Positions 1-5,479 of a stretch of 5,479 nucleotides of DNA are shown here, in pieces. The notes beneath the pieces were generated by a model. That model searched no databases and was not told the DNA's origin. It saw nothing but the letters and a program-made list of their open reading frames with translations. Source of the DNA: a virus (taxonomy: Duplodnaviria > Heunggongvirae > Uroviricota > Caudoviricetes); the IMG/VR virus record IMGVR_UViG_2529293142_000013, positions 1 through 5,479 of that record; one strand, 5' to 3'. The translations under genes were made by a program, and so were the position numbers. Every line of letters begins with the position of its first letter. The stretch's first letter is position 1.

Positions 1-244
1 TGCAGTCTGTCTTGGAAAGAAAAATTACGTGTTCTTCGGTAGCGATCACGGCGGCGAGCGTGGTGCACTGCTGTACGGGCTGATCGGCACCTGCCGTCTG
101 AACGGTATCGATCCGGAAGCGTATCTGCGCCATATTCTGAGCGTACTGCCGGAATGGCCCTCCAACCGTGTTGACGAACTCCTGCCATGGAACGTAGTTC
201 TCACCAATAAATAAGCGTCAATACGGTGCTCCGTTGACGCTTAC
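1..244 (+). mobile_element. Right end of an IS66-family insertion sequence (partial); terminus ...TTGACGCTTAC at 234-244
   Basis: Transposase stop at 212-214 is followed by a 9-bp inverted repeat AAGCGTCAA (213-221) / TTGACGCTT (234-242). Read inward from the end the terminus is GTAAGCG..., the start I recall for IS66-family inverted repeats. From 245 the sequence reads as the reverse complement of the lambda cII ribosome-binding region (GTAAGTATTTCCTTAGATAAC), so the junction is placed at 244|245. Confidence 0.65.
2..214 (+). CDS. IS66-family transposase (TnpC-like), C-terminal portion; 5' end lies outside the window
   Basis: Open frame runs from the window edge to TAA at 212-214. Translation ...KKNYVFFGSDHGGERGALLYGLIGTCRLNGIDPEAYLRHILSVLPEWPSNRVDELLPWNV matches the conserved C-terminal pattern of IS66-family transposases as I recall it (FxGSDxGGER...LNGxDPxAYL...ELLPW). 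Recognised from memory, not searched. Confidence 0.8.
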   Translation, partial: AVCLGKKNYVFFGSDHGGERGALLYGLIGTCRLNGIDPEAYLRHILSVLPEWPSNRVDELLPWNVVLTNK

Positions 245-321
245 GTAAGTATTTCCTTAGATAACAATTGATTGAATGTATGCAAATAAATGCATACACC
301 ATAGGTGTGGTTTATTTTGAT
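245..321 (-). terminator. tR1-like region between nutR and the (disrupted) cII start, with palindromes at 278-297 and 296-308
   Basis: Position is equivalent to lambda tR1 (rho-dependent). Palindromes GTATGCA-AATAAA-TGCATAC (278-297) and ACACC-ATA-GGTGT (296-308) are visible. Function inferred from position only. Confidence 0.4.
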
Positions 322-353
322 GCCCTTTTTCAGGGCTGGGATGTGTAAGAGCG
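322..353 (-). promoter_or_regulatory. nutR N-utilisation site: boxB 322-336, boxA 345-353 (read on - strand)
   Basis: Reverse complement of 322-336 is GCCCTGAAAAAGGGC, the lambda nutR boxB hairpin. Reverse complement of 345-353 is CGCTCTTAC, the boxA consensus. Lies immediately downstream of cro in the direction of pR transcription. Confidence 0.85.
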
Positions 354-361
354 GGAATGTC

Positions 362-1714
<1,353 letters not shown>

Positions 1715-1764
1715 TCCCCACCTCAATCTCGATAACAAAAAAACAAACTATTTTCCGTTTAAAA

Positions 1765-1832
1765 ACAATGGAGTTTGTTTTTCACGCCCCTTTTTACAAT
1801 ATTTCTTGTTTACAACATACAATCTTCCTTGT
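1765..1832. promoter_or_regulatory. 434-type left operator: OL3 1765-1778, OL2 1796-1809, OL1 1819-1832
   Basis: Three ACAA-N6-TTGT sites: ACAATGGAGTTTGT, ACAATATTTCTTGT, ACAATCTTCCTTGT. The last is the reverse complement of ACAAGGAAGATTGT, recalled as 434 OL1. They lie upstream of nutL and N. Confidence 0.85.
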
Positions 1833-1838
1833 AATTTT
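1806..1838 (+). promoter_or_regulatory. Candidate pL promoter; hexamers uncertain (best guess -35 TTTACA 1809-1814, -10 TAATTT 1832-1837)
   Basis: A promoter must lie within OL2/OL1 to drive nutL-N. The proposed pair has a 17-bp spacer but a weak -10. An alternative -10, TACAAC at 1811-1816 just upstream of OL1, cannot be excluded. Confidence 0.4.
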
Positions 1839-1877
1839 AAGCCATCAGCAGGACGCACTGACCACCATTGAAGGTGA

Positions 1878-1908
1878 GGCTCTTAAAAATTAAGCCCTGA
1901 AGAAGGGC
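1878..1908 (+). promoter_or_regulatory. nutL: boxA-like GGCTCTTAA (1878-1886) and boxB GCCCTGAAGAAGGGC (1894-1908)
   Basis: boxB is an exact 15-nt match to the lambda nutL boxB hairpin (5-bp stem, GAAGA loop). The boxA-like element lies 8 nt upstream. Confidence 0.85.
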
Positions 1909-1926
1909 AGCATTCAAAGCAGAAGG

Positions 1927-2044
1927 CTTTGGTGTGTGTGATACGAAACGAAGCATTGGCCGGAAGTGCGAATCCGGATTAGCTGCCAATGTGCCATTGC
2001 GGGGTGTTTTCGTTCAGGACTACGACTCCCACACACAACCAAAG
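1927..2044 (+). promoter_or_regulatory. Structured N leader: long-range inverted repeat CTTTGGTGTGTGTG (1927-1940) / CACACACAACCAAAG (2030-2044), plus inner hairpin CCGGA..TCCGG (1960-1977)
   Basis: Inverted repeats seen directly. Equivalent to the RNase III-sensitive stem in the lambda N leader that modulates N translation (established for lambda, inferred here). Confidence 0.6.
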
Positions 2045-2065
2045 CTAACTGACAGGAGAATCCAG

Positions 2066-2389
2066 ATGGATGCACAAACACGCCGCCGCGAACGTCGCGC
2101 AGAGAAACAGGCTCAATGGAAAGCAGCAAATCCCCTGTTGGTTGGGGTAAGCGCTAAACCAGTTAACCGCCCTATTCTCTCGCTGAATCGCAAACCGAAA
2201 TCACGAGTAGAAAGCGCACTGAATCCGATAGACCTTACGGTGCTGGCTGAATACCACGAACAGATTGAAAGCAACCTGCAACGTATTGAGCGCAAGAATC
2301 ATCGAGTTTGGTATAGCAAGCCAGGTGAGTTCGGTATAACTTGTCAAGGAAGACAAAAGGTTAAAGGGGAATCCATTCCATTGGCATGA
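2066..2389 (+). CDS. N: Antitermination protein N (107 aa), lambda type
   Basis: MDAQTRRRERRAEKQAQWKAANPLLVGVSAKPVNRPILSLNRKPKSRVESALNPIDLTVLAEY... contains the arginine-rich boxB-binding motif and matches lambda N apart from a few substitutions near the C-terminus. AGGAG at 2054-2058 precedes the ATG at 2066. The track's 1934 start is a leader extension. Confidence 0.95.
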   Translation: MDAQTRRRERRAEKQAQWKAANPLLVGVSAKPVNRPILSLNRKPKSRVESALNPIDLTVLAEYHEQIESNLQRIERKNHRVWYSKPGEFGITCQGRQKVKGESIPLA

Positions 2390-2397
2390 GGTACGTA

Positions 2398-3267
2398 ATG
2401 AAGAAGATTGATTACAAGTCCATACCAAAACCAATAGACTCAGCATCAGAGCGAAAAAAACACAAAAAAGAGGCTGAAAAATTAGCAAATTATATCAGTT
2501 TTATTAGAAACAATGCTCACGGCGATGGCGACAAGAAGTTGCTTTCAGATGCTCGGACCCAAGCGTTCGGTATACTTCGTAAGCAGATGCAATATCGTCT
2601 TCATCCTGGCTACATAATTGAAATTCGCCCTACTGAAAGACAATTGTTCTTATTAAACTCTGTCTTTGACTTTGTAAACGTAGTTGGAGATCTTATCGAC
2701 AGGTCTGTAGATAAGGATCCTGATACAAATAGTTTTCTTCTAACAAATAAAGAATACTTATATGGTAAATTCGGTATAAACGGATGGCAAAAATATGTAC
2801 GCTTCTTACGTGCATTCGTTGATGCGTATAAAAATTCCGACATGATTTATACATATTTGCCTGGTGGTGATAATTGTACGCTTTCGGCAGACAATAGAAT
2901 ATTCATACCTGTACTTGGTCTTGGGCTGATTAATGCAGTAAATGAAAAAGATGTTATAATTGTTAAGCAGTGGCGAAAATATGAGGGATATAGATATCTG
3001 CCATGCTTTGATATATTAAAAATACAGAATAAATTCTATGTAAAAATTAAATATAAAGAAGATATTTTCTTCCTCAGAAAAAACATAGATCTTTTACAAG
3101 AACTTTCTGGTACAATAGATGTCATCTTAGGTTCTAGGTTTATAAAAGAACTGAAAGAAAGCAGGTCTTTCTCTCGTGTAGAGATAAGCGAGTCAGAGTT
3201 ATGGGGTATATCAAATAATCCTGTAAACCACGCTCACCAACGAAACCCAAACAAAAAGTGGTCATAA
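2398..3267 (+). CDS. Hypothetical protein (289 aa; 293 aa if started at 2386), AT-rich cargo gene in the position of the lambda sieB-ral module; function unknown
   Basis: Long uninterrupted ORF directly after N. ATG at 2398 is preceded by GAGG (2388-2391) with a 6-nt spacer; the alternative ATG at 2386 overlaps the N stop (ATGA). G+C is visibly low (sampled stretches about 17-30 percent) against roughly half in flanking phage genes. No Walker, HTH, transmembrane or known nuclease motif seen by eye. Confidence 0.8.
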   Translation: MKKIDYKSIPKPIDSASERKKHKKEAEKLANYISFIRNNAHGDGDKKLLSDARTQAFGILRKQMQYRLHPGYIIEIRPTERQLFLLNSVFDFVNVVGDLIDRSVDKDPDTNSFLLTNKEYLYGKFGINGWQKYVRFLRAFVDAYKNSDMIYTYLPGGDNCTLSADNRIFIPVLGLGLINAVNEKDVIIVKQWRKYEGYRYLPCFDILKIQNKFYVKIKYKEDIFFLRKNIDLLQELSGTIDVILGSRFIKELKESRSFSRVEISESELWGISNNPVNHAHQRNPNKKWS

Positions 3268-3407
3268 CCCGCTCAGGCGGATTTCATTTTCACGCAAACA
3301 ACAGAATAAACACAGCGCTGTGTATTCATTCCAACGAGTGAATACACGGAGCAATGTCGCTCGTAACTAAACAGGAGCCGACTTGTTCTGATTATTGGAA
3401 ATCTTCT

Positions 3408-3436
3408 TTGCCCTCCAAGATGAGGGCGATTTTTTA
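3408..3436 (+). terminator. Intrinsic terminator candidate upstream of ea10
   Basis: Stem GCCCTC (3410-3415), loop CAAGAT, stem GAGGGC (3422-3427), extendable by two pairs, followed by a run of six T (3430-3435). Confidence 0.6.
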
Positions 3437-3455
3437 TCTGTGAGGATATGAACAG

Positions 3456-3824
3456 ATGTCAAACATCAAAAAATACATCATTGATTACGACTGGAAAGCA
3501 TCAATAGAAATTGAAATCGACCATGACGTAATGACAGAGGAAAAACTTCACCAGATTAATAATTTCTGGTCAGACTCTGAATACCGACTCAATAAACACG
3601 GCTCTGTATTAAATGCTGTATTAATCATGCTGGCGCAACATGCTCTGCTTATAGCAATTTCAAGCGACTTAAATGCATATGGTGTTGTGTGTGAGTTCGA
3701 CTGGAATGATGGAAATGGTCAGGAAGGATGGCCTCCAATGGATGGTAGTGAAGGAATAAGAATTACCGATATCGATACATCAGGAATATTTGATTCAGAT
3801 GATATGACTATCAAGGCCGCCTGA
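3456..3824 (+). CDS. ea10: Ea10 (122 aa), lambda early-left protein
   Basis: Translation MSNIKKYIIDYDWKASIEIEIDHDVMTEEKLHQINNFWSDSEYRLNKHGSVLNAVLIMLAQHALL... matches lambda Ea10 as recalled. The 369-nt length and the 72-nt spacing to cIII match lambda. Confidence 0.92.
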   Translation: MSNIKKYIIDYDWKASIEIEIDHDVMTEEKLHQINNFWSDSEYRLNKHGSVLNAVLIMLAQHALLIAISSDLNAYGVVCEFDWNDGNGQEGWPPMDGSEGIRITDIDTSGIFDSDDMTIKAA

Positions 3825-3849
3825 GCGCGGCGTTACCGCATACCAATTA

Positions 3850-3870
3850 CGCTTCACTCGAGGCGTTTTT
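3850..3870 (+). terminator. Intrinsic terminator candidate between ea10 and cIII
   Basis: Stem CGCTTC (3850-3855), loop ACTC, stem GAGGCG (3860-3865) with one G-U pair, then five T (3866-3870). Confidence 0.5.
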
Positions 3871-3896
3871 CGTTATGTATAAATAAGGAGCACACC

Positions 3897-4061
3897 ATGC
3901 AATATGCCATTGCAGGGTGGCCTGTTGCTGGCTGCCCTTCCGAATCTTTACTTGAACGAATCACCCGTAAATTACGTGACGGATGGAAACGCCTTATCGA
4001 CATACTTAATCAGCCAGGAGTCCCAAAAAATGGATCAAACAATTATGGCTATCCAGACTAA
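3897..4061 (+). CDS. cIII: CIII (54 aa), inhibitor of FtsH-mediated CII degradation
   Basis: Translation [54 protein letters not shown] matches lambda CIII. AAGGAG at 3885-3890 precedes the ATG; stop TAA at 4059-4061. Confidence 0.93.
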   Translation: MQYAIAGWPVAGCPSESLLERITRKLRDGWKRLIDILNQPGVPKNGSNNYGYPD

Positions 4062-4173
4062 ATTCACTATCGCCACTTTTATTGGCGATGAAAAGATGTT
4101 TCGTGAGGCCGTCGACGCTTATAAAAAATGGATATTAATACTGAAACTGAGATCAAGCAAAAGCATTCACTAA
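4030..4173 (+). CDS. kil: Kil (47 aa), host cell-division inhibitor
   Basis: Translation [47 protein letters not shown] matches lambda Kil. It overlaps the cIII 3' end and the gam 5' end as in lambda. The track's 3904 start is an out-of-frame overlap with cIII. Confidence 0.9.
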   Translation: MDQTIMAIQTKFTIATFIGDEKMFREAVDAYKKWILILKLRSSKSIH

Positions 4174-4544
4174 CCCCCTTTCCTGTTTTCCTAATCAGCC
4201 CGGCATTTCGCGGGCGATATTTTCACAGCTATTTCAGGAGTTCGGCCATGAACGCTTATTACATTCAGGATCGTCTTGAGGCTCAGAGCTGGGCGCGTCA
4301 CTACCAGCAGATAGCCCGTGAAGAGAAAGAGGCAGAACTGGCAGACGACATGGAAAAAGGCCTGCCCCAGCACCTGTTTGAATCGCTATGCATCGGTCAT
4401 TTGCAACGCCACGGGGCCAGCAAAAAAGCCATTACCCGTGCGTTTGATGACGATGTTGAGTTTCAGGAGCGCATGGCAGAACACATCCGGTACATGGTTG
4501 AAACCATTGCTCACCATCAGGTTGATATTGATTCAGAGGTATAA
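4128..4544 (+). CDS. gam: Gam (138-aa long form), RecBCD inhibitor; internal start at 4248 gives the 98-aa GamS form
   Basis: Translation [85 protein letters not shown]... matches lambda Gam. AGGAG at 4236-4240 precedes the internal ATG at 4248. Confidence 0.95.
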   Translation: MDINTETEIKQKHSLTPFPVFLISPAFRGRYFHSYFRSSAMNAYYIQDRLEAQSWARHYQQIAREEKEAELADDMEKGLPQHLFESLCIGHLQRHGASKKAITRAFDDDVEFQERMAEHIRYMVETIAHHQVDIDSEV

Positions 4545-4549
4545 AACGG

Positions 4550-5335
4550 ATGAGTACAGCACTCGCAACGCTGGCAGGGAAGCTGGTTGAACGTGTCGGC
4601 ATGGATTCTGTCGACCCACAGGAACTGATCACCACTCTTCGCCAGACGGCATTTAAAGGCGATGCCAGCGATGCGCAGTTCATCGCATTGTTGATCGTCG
4701 CCAACCAGTACGGCCTTAATCCGTGGACGAAAGAAATTTACGCCTTCCCTGATAAGCAGAACGGCATCGTTCCGGTGGTGGGCGTTGATGGCTGGTCCCG
4801 CATCATCAATGAAAACCAGCAGTTTGATGGCATGGACTTTGAGCAGGACAATGAATCCTGTACATGCCGGATTTACCGCAAGGACCGTAATCATCCGATC
4901 TGCGTTACCGAATGGATGGATGAATGCCGCCGCGAACCATTCAAAACCCGCGAAGGCAGAGAAATCACGGGGCCGTGGCAGTCGCATCCTAAACGGATGT
5001 TACGGCATAAAGCTATGATTCAGTGTGCCCGTCTGGCCTTCGGATTTGCTGGTATCTATGACAAGGATGAAGCCGAGCGCATTGTCGAAAATACTGCATA
5101 CACTGCAGAACGCCAGCCGGAACGCGACATCACTCCGGTTAACGATGAAACCATGCAGGAGATTAACACTCTGCTAATCGCCCTGGATAAAACATGGGAT
5201 GACGACTTATTGCCGCTCTGTTCCCAGATATTTCGCCGCGACATTCGCGCATCGTCAGAACTGACACAGGCCGAAGCAGTGAAAGCTCTTGGATTCCTGA
5301 AACAGAAAGCCACTGAGCAGAAGGTGGCAGCATGA
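4550..5335 (+). CDS. bet: Bet (Red-beta, 261 aa), single-strand annealing recombinase
   Basis: Translation [99 protein letters not shown]... matches lambda Bet almost exactly as recalled. GAGG precedes the ATG at 4550. Confidence 0.97.
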   Translation: MSTALATLAGKLVERVGMDSVDPQELITTLRQTAFKGDASDAQFIALLIVANQYGLNPWTKEIYAFPDKQNGIVPVVGVDGWSRIINENQQFDGMDFEQDNESCTCRIYRKDRNHPICVTEWMDECRREPFKTREGREITGPWQSHPKRMLRHKAMIQCARLAFGFAGIYDKDEAERIVENTAYTAERQPERDITPVNDETMQEINTLLIALDKTWDDDLLPLCSQIFRRDIRASSELTQAEAVKALGFLKQKATEQKVAA

Positions 5336-5479
5336 CACCGGACATTATCCAGCAGCGTACCGGGATCGACGTGAGAGCTGTCGAACAGGGGGATGATGCG
5401 TGGCACAAATTACGGCTCGGCGTCATCACAGCTTCAGAAGTTCATAACGTAATAGCAAAACCCGCCCGGAAAAAAGCGG
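5332..5479 (+). CDS. exo: Exo (lambda exonuclease / Red-alpha), N-terminal portion; 3' end lies outside the window
   Basis: ATG at 5332 overlaps the bet stop (ATGA). Translation [44 protein letters not shown]... matches the lambda Exo N-terminus. Confidence 0.9.
   Translation, partial: MTPDIIQQRTGIDVRAVEQGDDAWHKLRLGVITASEVHNVIAKPARKKA

Noticed and set aside
1931-1940. GT dinucleotide run GGTGTGTGTG
   Set aside because: It is one arm of the N-leader long-range stem, paired with CACACACA at 2030-2037, not a microsatellite.
1934-2389. 151-aa ORF extending N upstream
   Set aside because: The extension covers the structured N leader. N starts at 2066 with a proper Shine-Dalgarno.
2300-2397. Possible lysogen-active promoter inside the N 3' end for the cargo gene, by analogy with the lambda sieB promoter
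   Set aside because: TTGTCA at 2341-2346 and TATAAC at 2335-2340 are present but neither has a correctly spaced partner hexamer, so no promoter is called.
3904-4173. 89-aa ORF
   Set aside because: It is kil (4030-4173) plus an in-frame read-through overlapping cIII, which is coded in a different frame.
4191-5429. - strand ORFs 4191-4373, 4432-4704, 4517-4987, 5056-5406, 5163-5429 and + strand ORFs 4318-4590, 4785-5018
   Set aside because: All lie antisense to, or in alternative frames of, gam, bet and exo, which are confidently identified. No start signals support them.
5440-5479. Apparent divergence of the Exo N-terminus from lambda near the window end (AKPARKKA)
   Set aside because: My recollection of lambda Exo at this point is not exact and the window ends here, so I cannot tell real divergence or an indel from a memory error.

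Overview
This window is the early-left and immunity region of a lambda-like prophage, with the pL operon on the + strand and cro on the - strand, and it carries two non-lambda cargo genes. All identifications are from reading the sequence and recalling well-known phage proteins and sites; no database search was run. Left to right: the 3' end of an IS66-family element (1-244) abuts the phage sequence at the point where the cII start codon would lie; then nutR, cro (434-type, - strand), OR1-OR3, cI (434-type), a 134-aa secreted protein overlapping the cI stop (the slot rexA/rexB occupy in lambda), OL1-OL3 and pL, nutL, N, a 289-aa AT-rich ORF of unknown function (the slot sieB/ral occupy in lambda), ea10, cIII, kil, gam, bet and the start of exo. 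The two cargo genes are the main candidates for an undescribed defence or exclusion function, the 289-aa ORF being the stronger. The IS insertion suggests the prophage may be defective.
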